A DNA stretch of 64,000 bases. Source: Actinomycetota bacterium. GTDB lineage: Bacteria; Actinomycetota; Acidimicrobiia; Acidimicrobiales; SZUA-35. This document shows, in pieces, positions 9,926-19,306 of the stretch. Position 1 is the stretch's first letter. Each line of letters begins with the position of its first letter. Where the stretch lies: the NCBI GenBank assembly GCA_039029735.1, contig JBCCFL010000034.1:1890-65889 (forward strand), written 5' to 3'. The notes beneath the pieces were generated by a model. That model was not told the origin of the DNA and searched no databases. It saw only the letters and a program-made list of their open reading frames with translations. A program made the position numbers and the translations under genes.

Positions 9926-9987
9926 GAGTCGACGCTACTGGGCTCGCAGCAGCATCGGCGGCCGAGGACGGCCGCGGACGGCTGCGG

Positions 9988-11637
9988 TCAGGGCGCGGGC
10001 ACCGCCCGCTCGGCGATCGAGCTGAGGGGCGCGTCGCCGGGAAGTGTGCCGAACTCGCGACCCCAGTCGCCGTCCAGGCGCGTTCGCAGGTAGGTGTCGG
10101 CCACGTCGTTGTGGCCATGGCGCACGAGCAGGGCTGCACTCCAGGTGATGGCCAGACGCTCGACGAGCCGCCGGGCGTCCACCTCGTGATGAGGGACTGC
10201 CCCGAGGGCGGCTTCGACTTCGGCGATCGATGCGTCGAGCCTGTGGTCGAGGCCAGCTCCCAGCTTCAACTCGAGCATCAGCGCGTCGGCAACCGCGGGA
10301 GTGCGAGCCAGGGCCCTCAGAACGTCGAGGGCGATCACGTTGCCCGAGCCCTCCCAGATCGAGTTCAGGGGAGCCTCCCGGTAGAGGCGACCGAGGATCG
10401 ACTCTTCGACGAATCCGTTCCCCCCAACGCATTCCAGCGCCTCGCGCACCACCGGCGACGAACGCTTCGTGATCCAGTACTTGCCGACCGCCGACCCGAT
10501 GCGGGCCAAGGCGGCCTCGGTGTCGTCGACGGGGGCTCGTTCGAAGGCACCCGCGAGGCGCACGTCGAGCAGGGTCGCAGCCTCGGTCTCGATCTCGAGA
10601 TCGGCCACCACGTTCTGCATGAGTGGTTTGTCGATGAGGGTGGCGCCGAAGGCGGCTCGGTTCGCCACGTGCCAGCTGGCCTGGGCCACCGCCTGCCGCA
10701 TGAGGGCGACCGCCCAGGTGGTGCAGTCGAGCCGGGTGCCGGCGACCATGTCGATGATCGTCTGGATGCCTCGACCCTCGTCGCCAACGAGGGTTGCGTG
10801 CGCGTTCACGAGTTCCATCTCGCTCGACGCGTTGGATCGGTTCCCGACCTTGTCCTTGAGGCGCTGCAACCGGAGCCCGTTGCGTGTGCCGTCGTCGAGT
10901 ACGCGGGGCACGATGAAGCAGGAGAGGCCGGCGGGTGCGTAGGCCAACGTCAGGAAGGCGTCGCACATCGGTGCCGAAACGAACCACTTGGCCCCGTTCA
11001 GGACATAGGACTCTCCTGCCCCACCGATCCCGTCGGGAACGGCCATGGTGGTGTTGGCCCGAACATCGGACCCGCCTTGGCGTTCGGTCATCGACATGCC
11101 GATCAGCACCCCGGCCTTGGCTCCAGGGGCTCCGAGGGCGCCGTCGTAGTGGCGAGTACGCACTTTCGGGGCCCACGTCGCGGCAACGTCAGGCTGATGA
11201 TCAAGGGCGTAGAGCGCCGCTCCGGTCATCGAGATTGCGCAGCCGTGACCGACCTCGACCTGCGCCATCAGGTACATCGCCGCGTTCCGGGCGACGTAGT
11301 CGCCGTTGCCTGGGTCGGTGCCGTAGTGGCGGCAGTGGAGGCCCTCGGTCACGGAGAGGTCGACGAGCGAGTGGTACGAGGGGTGATAACGCACCTCGTC
11401 GATGCGATCTCCGAAGCGGTCGTGGGTGACCAACTCGGGCTCGAAGCGGTTGGCATCCCGACCCCAGCCGAACACCTCGTCGGAACCCACCCGGGCCCCG
11501 AAGGCATCCAGCCACGCGACGTGCGCCGCTGCACCTTCGCGTTCAACGGCCCCACGTAGGGCCGGGTCAGTCCGGAACACGTTGTAGGGCTCGAGCGGCG
11601 GCGGCTGGTTCGTACTCGCAGTGGCTTGTGGGCTCAT
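9988..11637 (-). CDS. AidB-like acyl-CoA dehydrogenase
   Basis: NQPPPL..YN.F..D, GMSMTERQGGSDV, KWFVSAP, RLKDKVGNRSNASSE, RLYREAPLNSIWEGSGNV. Confidence 0.9.
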   Translation of the reverse strand: MSPQATASTNQPPPLEPYNVFRTDPALRGAVEREGAAAHVAWLDAFGARVGSDEVFGWGRDANRFEPELVTHDRFGDRIDEVRYHPSYHSLVDLSVTEGLHCRHYGTDPGNGDYVARNAAMYLMAQVEVGHGCAISMTGAALYALDHQPDVAATWAPKVRTRHYDGALGAPGAKAGVLIGMSMTERQGGSDVRANTTMAVPDGIGGAGESYVLNGAKWFVSAPMCDAFLTLAYAPAGLSCFIVPRVLDDGTRNGLRLQRLKDKVGNRSNASSEMELVNAHATLVGDEGRGIQTIIDMVAGTRLDCTTWAVALMRQAVAQASWHVANRAAFGATLIDKPLMQNVVADLEIETEAATLLDVRLAGAFERAPVDDTEAALARIGSAVGKYWITKRSSPVVREALECVGGNGFVEESILGRLYREAPLNSIWEGSGNVIALDVLRALARTPAVADALMLELKLGAGLDHRLDASIAEVEAALGAVPHHEVDARRLVERLAITWSAALLVRHGHNDVADTYLRTRLDGDWGREFGTLPGDAPLSSIAERAVPAP

Positions 11638-11766
11638 GGCAGTCCTCACGATGCGATGTTGGGACGACGCAGGGTCGTGGCACCTGCACGCTACGAGGCT
11701 CGATCTGTTGGTGCCAAGGTTGTGGCCACCCGGCACTCATGCGGCCCTCCGGCGGCCTCGGTGGCG

Positions 11767-12276
11767 TCAGGTGCCGTCGGGGTCCAGGGGTTGATCGGGG
11801 CCATCGCACGCTGACCACAGCCCGTGTCCGTTGGCCTTTGCTCGGGCTTCGGCGCGCACGAGGGCGATCTCGTGGGTGGTGTTGGGGGCGTAGCTGACAG
11901 CTTCGGCGTAGCCGTGGGCCACCATCCACTCGTTCACGAACACCCCGTCCTCGGCTCGGTACAGATACAGAAGTAGCCGGTCGTAGTGATCGCGGGCCTC
12001 GACATCGCGGCTCACGACCACCGCCGTGCCGGGGGGCAGCAGTGCTGTCAGGGCGTCGGTGGCTTCGGCCCCGAAGCACTGAACGGGCACCGTGCGGGCC
12101 ACCGTTTCGGGGGTGTCGATGCCGAGCAACCGCACCGGCTCCACTCCCGAGGCGAACCGCAGATCCACCGTGTCGCCGTCAATCACCCGATGGACGATGG
12201 CGACCGAGGGATCGGGTGGCGGCGACAGCGACGGTGAACCGCAACCGACGAGCGCGGCAAGGACCGCCGCCCCCAA
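11767..12276 (-). CDS. Thermonuclease (SNase-family) lipoprotein
   Basis: RVIDGDTV, VRLLGIDTPE, DHYDRLLLY, GLWSAC; lipobox LVGC; start uncertain. Confidence 0.87.
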   Translation of the reverse strand: MGAAVLAALVGCGSPSLSPPPDPSVAIVHRVIDGDTVDLRFASGVEPVRLLGIDTPETVARTVPVQCFGAEATDALTALLPPGTAVVVSRDVEARDHYDRLLLYLYRAEDGVFVNEWMVAHGYAEAVSYAPNTTHEIALVRAEARAKANGHGLWSACDGPDQPLDPDGT

Positions 12277-12283
12277 CCCCGAT

Positions 12284-13462
12284 CTAGATCCGATCGATGA
12301 TCGTGCCCGTTCCCAGTCCACCGCCGCAGCACATCGTGATGAGGGCGCTGTTCTTGTCGGCTCGTTCGAGCTCGTGCAGCGCCTTGGTCATCAGGAAGGC
12401 TCCGGTGCCTCCGAGCGGGTGGCCCAATGCGATGGCGCCACCGTTGGGGTTGACGATATCCATGTCGGCCCCGAGCTCCCGCTGCCACGCCAGCACAACG
12501 GAGGCGAACGCCTCGTTGATCTCGACGAGGTCGACGTCGCTCATCGTGCGACCGGTGCGCTCGAAGAGGCGACGGGTGGCGTCGATCGGGCCGGTGAGCA
12601 TCAGCACCGGATCCACACCCACGAGACAGGTGTCGACGATCTTGGCCTTCGGGGTGAGCCCCAGCTGCTGGGCCTTGTCGGCGTTCATGATCAGCACCGC
12701 CGCTGCCCCATCGGAGATCTGCGACGATGAGCCAGCGGTGTGCACACCGTTCTCTCGGGCGACGGCCTTGAGGCCGGCGAGGCCTTCGAGCGTGGTGTTG
12801 CGGAGGCCCTCGTCGCGCTCAACGAGATGCGTGGTGCCGGTGGGCGCGCCGTCGTCGTTGACGTCGGGCGCCTCGATCGCGTGCACCTGAGACCCGAAGC
12901 GATCCTCGGCCCACGCCTGGGCGGCGAGGGTCTGTGAGCGGAGACCGAACTCATCGGCGTCGGCCCGGGTGATGTTCCACTTGTCGGCGATGCGCTCGGC
13001 ACCCTCGAACTGGCTCGTGAACTCGTACTCGTTGAAGTAGGTCTTGGGAATGGGCACACCGAGGCCCAACTTCTTCGACGAGTTCATGCCAATCGGGATG
13101 CGGCTCATCACCTCGACACCACAGGCGATCGCAACGTCGACGACGCCCGACTGCACCAGGGCCGTGGCCATGTTGGTTGCCTGTTGCGACGACCCGCACT
13201 GCGTGTCGACCGTGGTGGCGGGCGTCTCCATCGGCAGGCCGGCCGTGAGCCACGCCGTGCGGCCCACGTTGAAGGACTGTTCGCCGACCTGGCTGACGCA
13301 CCCGGTGACGACCTGGCCCACCTCGGCCGGATCGATACCAGTGCGGCGGATCAGTTCGGACTGCACCTCGGCGAGGAGATCGACCGGGTGCACGGTTGAC
13401 AGACCGCCGTTGCGGCGGCCGATCGGGGACCGGACAGCTTCGATGATGACGACGTCGCTCAT
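12284..13462 (-). CDS. Acetyl-CoA C-acyltransferase (thiolase, FadA-like)
   Basis: TVDTQCGSSQQA, NEAFA, GGAIALGHPLG, CCGGGLG. Confidence 0.95.
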   Translation of the reverse strand: MSDVVIIEAVRSPIGRRNGGLSTVHPVDLLAEVQSELIRRTGIDPAEVGQVVTGCVSQVGEQSFNVGRTAWLTAGLPMETPATTVDTQCGSSQQATNMATALVQSGVVDVAIACGVEVMSRIPIGMNSSKKLGLGVPIPKTYFNEYEFTSQFEGAERIADKWNITRADADEFGLRSQTLAAQAWAEDRFGSQVHAIEAPDVNDDGAPTGTTHLVERDEGLRNTTLEGLAGLKAVARENGVHTAGSSSQISDGAAAVLIMNADKAQQLGLTPKAKIVDTCLVGVDPVLMLTGPIDATRRLFERTGRTMSDVDLVEINEAFASVVLAWQRELGADMDIVNPNGGAIALGHPLGGTGAFLMTKALHELERADKNSALITMCCGGGLGTGTIIDRI

Positions 13463-13495
13463 GGGGCGAGCTTAGGTTCTCCGGCTCTGGGACCG

Positions 13496-13666
13496 TTAAG
13501 CGGCGGCGCGGGCGGGGGCGGCGCCCTCGGCGGTGGCGTAGGGGCGGTGCGAGCGGCCGAGGGCAGCCCGGGCATCAGCCAGGCCCCGGCGGCCGACCTT
13601 GATGGTGTGATCGTCGAGCTTCCAGAGCTCTTCGTCGAACGAGATGAGGTGGAGTTGGTGTGCCAT
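13496..13666 (-). CDS. Small hypothetical protein (56 aa), absent from the supplied ORF track
   Basis: MAHQLHLISFDEELWKLDDHTIKVGRRGLADARAALGRSHRPYATAEGAAPARAAA*; GC3-biased codons; -10-like GATACT 6 nt before the ATG. Confidence 0.72.
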   Translation of the reverse strand: MAHQLHLISFDEELWKLDDHTIKVGRRGLADARAALGRSHRPYATAEGAAPARAAA

Positions 13667-13672
13667 GGGACG

Positions 13673-13694
13673 AGTATCACGAAGGGGTGTGACA
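13673..13694 (-). promoter_or_regulatory. Possible PafBC/RecA-NDp-like promoter for the 56-aa ORF
   Basis: Minus strand reads TGTC-ACACCCCTTCGT(12 nt)-GATACT-6 nt-ATG; one mismatch in the -10 element. Confidence 0.45.
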
Positions 13695-13851
13695 CTGAAG
13701 CCACAGAACGGCGTTCGGGCTGGTCAGAGACCCTTCCTCACCGGATCGAACGGCGTGTGACGAGCGTCAGACCGGCCCACGCGGCCAGGCAGAAGGTGGC
13801 AACGGGGCCGTCGTCTGGGGCCGCGCCGCGGAGTTGGCTACGTTGGCCGCC

Positions 13852-14814
13852 ATGCGTCGCTACGGAATGACCGTTCCTTTCCCCGGTGTGAGCCTTTCCG
13901 ATCATGCGGAGTGGTACCGGGAGCTCGTCGATCTCGGCTACACCGACGTGTGGACCGCCGAGGCCGATGGGGCAGACGGGTTCACCCCACTCACCCTCGC
14001 CGCCGCCTGGGCCCCCGAGCTGCGACTCGGGGTGGCGATCGTGCCGGCCTACACCCGGGGCCCCGCCCTCCTGGCCCAGAGCGCAGCCGCACTGGCCGAC
14101 GCCGCCCCCGGCCGGTTCGTGCTCGGCGTCGGGTCGTCGTCGAACGTGATCGTGGAGCGCTGGAACGGCATTGCCTTCGACGAGCCCTACCGCAAGACCC
14201 GCGACGTGGTGCGCTTTCTCAAGGCGGCCATGACGGGGGAGAAGGTCACCGAGAGCTACGACACCTTCTCGATCAACGGCTTCCGTCTCGGCGTCCGCCC
14301 GGCCGAGCACCCGCCGATCCTCGTTGCGGCGCTGCGTGAGGGCATGCTGAAGATGGCCGGCCGAGAGGCGGACGGTGCCATCATCAACTGGCTCTCCGCC
14401 GACGATGTGCGCACCGTGGCCCCGATCGTCCATGCCCAGGGCGACGACAAGGAGATCGTGGCCCGGATCTTCGTGTGCCCGAGCACCGACACCGACACGG
14501 TGCGGGCTCAGGCCAAGCGGGCGATCGCCGCCTACCTGAACGTGCCGGTGTACGCCGCCTTCCATCAGTGGATCGGGCGTGGTGATCGCCTCCAGCCGAT
14601 GTGGGACGCATGGGCCGCAGGCGACCGGAAGCTGGCCCTGGAGGTCATTCCCGACGAGGTGGTGGACGAGTTGATCATCCACGGCTCGCCCGAGGCGTGC
14701 CGGGAGCACATCGACCGCTATTGCGAGGCCGGCGTCACCACGCCGGCGCTGTCGGTGATGGGGTTCGCCGGGGTGGATCCGCGCCAGGCCATCCGCGATC
14801 TCGCACCCCGCTGA
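13852..14814 (+). CDS. LLM-class F420-dependent oxidoreductase
   Basis: LGYTDVWTAE.DGADGFTP, GRFVLGVGSSS, AALREGMLKMAG.EADG. Confidence 0.92.
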   Translation: MRRYGMTVPFPGVSLSDHAEWYRELVDLGYTDVWTAEADGADGFTPLTLAAAWAPELRLGVAIVPAYTRGPALLAQSAAALADAAPGRFVLGVGSSSNVIVERWNGIAFDEPYRKTRDVVRFLKAAMTGEKVTESYDTFSINGFRLGVRPAEHPPILVAALREGMLKMAGREADGAIINWLSADDVRTVAPIVHAQGDDKEIVARIFVCPSTDTDTVRAQAKRAIAAYLNVPVYAAFHQWIGRGDRLQPMWDAWAAGDRKLALEVIPDEVVDELIIHGSPEACREHIDRYCEAGVTTPALSVMGFAGVDPRQAIRDLAPR

Positions 14815-14882
14815 TCCGACCGAAGCGCGGGAGTCGACCGTCGATCGCTGCAGGACCGGTTGCAACGGTCGATCAGAAAAGG

Positions 14883-15371
14883 ATGGAGCCGACCAGGATC
14901 TATCCCCTGTTCTTCGGCGTCGCCGACTCCCTGCAGGCTCGCGGTGCGGCAGCTGTCGTCGGTCGACATCCCCGCTTCGAGATCGTTGGAGAGGCCTCGA
15001 ACTCGGTGATGACGGTCGACGGGGCCGAGCAGACCCAGCCCAACGTGGTGGTCATCTCCGAACACTCACCCGGGATGCCGGGATCCGCGGTGATCGGCGA
15101 ACTCGTGGCGATCGCCAGCCAGCCGCTGGTGATCGTGATCGGTCCAAACGGCTCGCAACCGGGCTACACGTCGGTTCTCGCCGTTCCTGAGCATGCGCCC
15201 GATGCACTGGCGAGGGCGCTCGATGCGACGGCCGCCCAGTTGGACAATCCAGACGCACGGATCGAGCGGCGCCGAGGCGCCGACCGGAGGGTCCAACAGG
15301 ATTGGAAGAAGGTCTTCGCCGAGCGACGAGTCACCGTTCGACGAGCGGCCGATCCGGAGGCCGAGAGGTGA
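14883..15371 (+). CDS. Degenerate receiver-domain protein with Arg-rich C-terminal tail
   Basis: FEIVGEAS...QPNVVVISEHSPGMPG aligns to NarL-type REC (PDVVLLD..MPG..G) but lacks the Asp; tail ERRRGADRR...ERR. Confidence 0.65.
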   Translation: MEPTRIYPLFFGVADSLQARGAAAVVGRHPRFEIVGEASNSVMTVDGAEQTQPNVVVISEHSPGMPGSAVIGELVAIASQPLVIVIGPNGSQPGYTSVLAVPEHAPDALARALDATAAQLDNPDARIERRRGADRRVQQDWKKVFAERRVTVRRAADPEAER

Positions 15372-15394
15372 TCGACGACTAGGGCTCGTCCGGC

Positions 15395-17818
15395 TCAGGC
15401 CGGGAGCCACACCAGCACGAAGTCCTCCACGCTGATGTCGTTCTTCTCCAGGCCGATCTCCACGGTGGTGACGTCGTCGGCCTTGGTCGACCACTCGTCG
15501 TCGATCTCGATGACGGCCTCGTTCAGCTCGTACTCGAGGTCCTCGAGCTCGTCGATCTTCTCGCCCACCCGATTGCGGGCCGCCTCCACCCGTTTCTTGG
15601 CCGCCGATGACATGCGAGCGCCCGATGCGGCGCGCCGAGCGGCCGTTGCCAGGCCCCGGGTTCGGCTCCGACCGCCGAGCAGACCGCCGAGCACGCTGGT
15701 GCCAACGTCCACCCACTGCTGATTGCGGCGACCTTCGGCCTGGGTCTCCAGTTCGGACATCCGATCCTCGGCCTTGGCCAACGCACGCTCGATCGTGGCC
15801 TTCTTCTTCTCCAGCCTGGTGCGAATCTTGTCGGTCTCGGCGTCGGCCCCGTCCTCGGCTGCTGCGCCGCAGCGGACCGCGAAGGCCTCGGCTGATTCGC
15901 CTGGCCGTGACCACAGCTTCAGCGACGGATTGTTCAGCAGCGACACTGTCATCGAGGCGTAGAGGTGGTTCTTCAGATCGGTCTGCGCCGATCGCAGCGC
16001 CGTCTTGGTCATCTTGGTCGGCGGCAGCACATAGACGGGACTGTCTGGCGCATCGCTCACCATGTCGCGGTCGTCGAGGTCGACGGCAACGGCGTCTTCC
16101 ACGACGAAGCCGTCTTCTGTGATCGGGATGATCGCCTCCCACTCGGTGGTGTGGCGCAGCTTCGCTTTCGTCTCGTCGAACAACAGCTGCACACGGGCCG
16201 CCATCGCTGGCCGCAGCCGGCCGGTGCCTCCTGGTTCGATTCCCACCGAGCCGAGCCACGGCGTGTCGGCGCGCACGTAGCGAACGGTGAGCGTGTCGGG
16301 CAGCTCGGGCATGAGGGTCGACTCGTCGTCGCCCAACTCGGGCCCGCGCGCTGGAGCCGAGGCGGAGGGTGCTGCGGCCGGGGCTGGCGCCGCGGTTGCG
16401 CTCGAACTGCTTGCCCCGCCGAGGGCGGCGGCCTGTTCGTCGGCCATGAGGCTCGTGATCTGGTCACCGGTGAGCGGGCCAGCCAGGTAGCTCATCGCCC
16501 AGCGGGTGGTGAGGAGCGGGAGGTCGCTCGAGCGTGTGGTGCGGAGCACAAACTGACGCTTGCCGAGCCCGGAGATGGTGGCCTCCAGGGCGGCCATGTC
16601 GGTTGAACCGTCGGCCGCCCGGAGGCCGTCGACGAGGCGAGCCTTGTCCTGCTCGGTCTGGAGGCGACCGATGAGCCAGGTGCCAGCGTTTGAGATCGCC
16701 TTGTAGTCGAGATCGACCGGGTTCTGGGTGGACAGCACGAGGCCGACGCCGAACGCACGGGCCTGCTTCAGCAGGGTCAGGATCGGCTTCTTCGGAGCCG
16801 GGTTGCCCACTGGTGGTGCCAGGCCCATCACCTCGTCGATGTACACGAGCACTCGCAGCTCGCCAGTACCGGGCTGCGTGCGCATCCACGAGATCAGCTT
16901 CGACAGGATCAGCGTGATGGCGAAGTGGCGTTCGGTCTCGCTGAGGTGGCTGAGCGACACCACCGACGCCCGGGCCCGACCGTCGGGGCGCCACAGCATC
17001 TGCTCGATGTCGAGCGGGGCACCCTCGGCCCAGCCGGCGAAGCTGGGCGAGGCGAGCAGGCCGTTCAGTGTCATCACCAGTTCCTGGCGGTCGTCAGCTG
17101 GGAAGAAGGTGTCGAGGTCCAACACGCCGAGCTTGCGGATCGGCGGGTCGAGGATCTGGCCGAGCAGGGTGGGGAGATCGAGATCCTGGCCGGCATCCCA
17201 CGACCGGGCGATCAGGTTGGCGAGCAGGATGTGCTCACGGCCCGAGAGCGGATCGCTGTTGATGCCAACGAGGCCGAGCAGGCCGCTCACGGTGGAGTCG
17301 ACCTCGTCCTGACGGGCTGACGCATCGGTGGTGGTCGGCACCGTGAGCCGGCCCAGCACGTCGAGCGGCACACCGGCGCGTGAACCGGGGGTGTAGATCA
17401 CCGGGTCGGCGGCTTCGGCCAGCGTGGCGACGTCGGGCGAGCCCATGCCCCACGAGTCGAGGCCGTTGCGCCACAGGTCGGCCGTCGACGCGGCCATCTC
17501 CGCGGTGGAGGTGCCCTGGACACGGGCCGTGCCGGCATCCATCCACGGCTCGAAGTCAGTGCCGTCGAGCGACGGGAAGGTGAGGCACAGGTTGCCGAGG
17601 TCACCCTTGGGGTCAATCGCCAGCACCGGGATGCCAGAGAGGAGTGCCTCCTCGATCAGCACCACGCCGAGGCCAGTCTTGCCCGAGCCGGTCATGCCAA
17701 CGATCACGCCATGGGTGGTGAAGTCGGCCGAGTCCAACAGGATCGGATCCCCTGTCCGATCACCGGAGTCGGCATCGATCGACTCACCAATGAAGAGGTG
17801 CCCCGCAGGTCGTTCCAT
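15395..17818 (-). CDS. HerA/FtsK-superfamily ATPase (DUF87/DUF853-like) with C-terminal coiled coil
   Basis: HGVIVGMTGSGKTG Walker A, IDPKGDL, VYIDEV Walker B, LLKQARAFGVG..LSTQNPVDLDYK. Confidence 0.88.
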   Translation of the reverse strand: MERPAGHLFIGESIDADSGDRTGDPILLDSADFTTHGVIVGMTGSGKTGLGVVLIEEALLSGIPVLAIDPKGDLGNLCLTFPSLDGTDFEPWMDAGTARVQGTSTAEMAASTADLWRNGLDSWGMGSPDVATLAEAADPVIYTPGSRAGVPLDVLGRLTVPTTTDASARQDEVDSTVSGLLGLVGINSDPLSGREHILLANLIARSWDAGQDLDLPTLLGQILDPPIRKLGVLDLDTFFPADDRQELVMTLNGLLASPSFAGWAEGAPLDIEQMLWRPDGRARASVVSLSHLSETERHFAITLILSKLISWMRTQPGTGELRVLVYIDEVMGLAPPVGNPAPKKPILTLLKQARAFGVGLVLSTQNPVDLDYKAISNAGTWLIGRLQTEQDKARLVDGLRAADGSTDMAALEATISGLGKRQFVLRTTRSSDLPLLTTRWAMSYLAGPLTGDQITSLMADEQAAALGGASSSSATAAPAPAAAPSASAPARGPELGDDESTLMPELPDTLTVRYVRADTPWLGSVGIEPGGTGRLRPAMAARVQLLFDETKAKLRHTTEWEAIIPITEDGFVVEDAVAVDLDDRDMVSDAPDSPVYVLPPTKMTKTALRSAQTDLKNHLYASMTVSLLNNPSLKLWSRPGESAEAFAVRCGAAAEDGADAETDKIRTRLEKKKATIERALAKAEDRMSELETQAEGRRNQQWVDVGTSVLGGLLGGRSRTRGLATAARRAASGARMSSAAKKRVEAARNRVGEKIDELEDLEYELNEAVIEIDDEWSTKADDVTTVEIGLEKNDISVEDFVLVWLPA

Positions 17819-17951
17819 GCGGTCACCATACGGCGTCTCAAGTACGGTCTCGGCCCATGCAGCCAAGAGGACAGCTCTCATCATTCCGAACGTGTCCAGC
17901 CGAGGACGTTTCGACGCAGTCGAAACTCCGTACGTGAGCGGAGCGAGCGAC

Positions 17952-18737
17952 ATGCAAAGCAAGACGCTGGAAACGCTCATCGTCGACGTGGCTGACAACG
18001 GCGTGGTCACCGTCACGATGAACCGCCCCGAGAAGAAGAACGCGGCCAACGCCACGATGTGGACCGAGCTCCGCGAGACATGGACCGAGATCGGGCTCGA
18101 CCCAACCGTGCGCTGCGTGGTGATGACCGGCTCCGGTGACGCCTTCTGCTCAGGCGCCGACCTCGGTGGGCAGGGTCAGGAGCGTCATCAGCTGCAGGCG
18201 ATGAACGAGATCCACATGACCCTGCAGGCGTTCCACTCGATGATGATGCCCGTTGTGGCCAAGGTGAACGGCGTGGCCGCCGGGGCCGGGATGAACATGG
18301 CCCTGGCGTGCGACATCTTGATCGCCAGCGATCAGGCCCGGTTCTCCGAGATCTTCGCCCGTCGGGGCCTCACGGTCGACTTCGGCGGCACGTGGATGCT
18401 GCCCCGACTCATCGGCCTGCACAAGGCGAAGGAGCTCGCCTTCTTCGGCGACGTGATCTCGGCCGCCGATGCCGAGCGCTTCGGGTTCGTGAACCGGGTG
18501 GTGCCCCACGACGTGCTCGACGACACGGTGGACTCCTGGGCTGATGCCCTTGCGGCCGGCCCGCCTCTGGCGCTGTCGATGACGAAGCGGCTGCTCACCC
18601 TCAACGCCACCAACGACTTCTGGAGCGCCCTCGAGGCCGAGGGGATGGCCCAGACCGTCAACTTCGGCACCGATGACACCCGCGAGGCAATCAAGGCGTT
18701 CCTCGACAAGCGTCCCCCGGAGTTCCGCGGCCGCTGA
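17952..18737 (+). CDS. Enoyl-CoA hydratase/isomerase
   Basis: MNRPEKKNA, AFCSGADL, VNGVAAGAG..ALACD, RRGLTVDFGG. Confidence 0.93.
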   Translation: MQSKTLETLIVDVADNGVVTVTMNRPEKKNAANATMWTELRETWTEIGLDPTVRCVVMTGSGDAFCSGADLGGQGQERHQLQAMNEIHMTLQAFHSMMMPVVAKVNGVAAGAGMNMALACDILIASDQARFSEIFARRGLTVDFGGTWMLPRLIGLHKAKELAFFGDVISAADAERFGFVNRVVPHDVLDDTVDSWADALAAGPPLALSMTKRLLTLNATNDFWSALEAEGMAQTVNFGTDDTREAIKAFLDKRPPEFRGR

Positions 18738-19126
18738 CCGTCTGGCCGATCCCAATGGCCACCGGAGCATCGCTGGAGGGTGCGTCGCCGAGCCTGCTCG
18801 CATCAATCGCCGAGGCCGCCCCAGACTGACCGGTGGTCAGGTTGTGGTTGCGAGAAACGCTGCGGCGCTGACCAGGGCCGACGGTGTGAACGCTTTGAGA
18901 ACCGGCCGGGGTGCTCTTGACAAACGGCTCCGACTCGGTCACCAGGGTAAGGGGTCACACGCCACGGGGTTCCGGATGGTGTTTTCCCTGGTCAGAGCTT
19001 TGGTGTATCACGCCCCTGGGGGTACTGGGTTACAGTGGCGCCCAAGCGGGAATCCGAGCGGAATGGCGAGGACACCGTCAACGTTCTCTCTGGAGAACGC
19101 AATCGTCCCGGCATGAGGAGGCCACA

Positions 19127-19306
19127 ATGACTGAGGCTGAAGCCACCATCGACATCGTTGAAATCACCTCCATCGAGGAAGCCCTCGCCCTGATCGACCA
19201 GGGCCTCGGCGTCATGACCGATCGTCAGTTGGTGTCGACCGCCGAGGTGACAGATCTGCTCCTCGACGTACGTGCCCTGCTGAGCGAGTCGGCCGCCAAC
19301 TCATAG
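19127..19306 (+). CDS. Small acidic helical hypothetical protein (59 aa)
   Basis: Strong RBS GAGGAGG before the ATG; MTEAEATIDIV...VSTAEVTDLLLDVRALL; TACAGT -10 at 19031. Confidence 0.75.
   Translation: MTEAEATIDIVEITSIEEALALIDQGLGVMTDRQLVSTAEVTDLLLDVRALLSESAANS

Noticed and set aside
13704-13762. LexA/SOS boxes (GAACGGCGTTC and TCGAACGGCGTGTGA)
   Set aside because: The spacer is 3 nt rather than the GAAC-N4-GTTC consensus, and the second copy lacks the right half-site.
15395-17818. HerA-based anti-phage system
   Set aside because: No partner nuclease or sirtuin and no defence-island context; flanked by metabolic genes.
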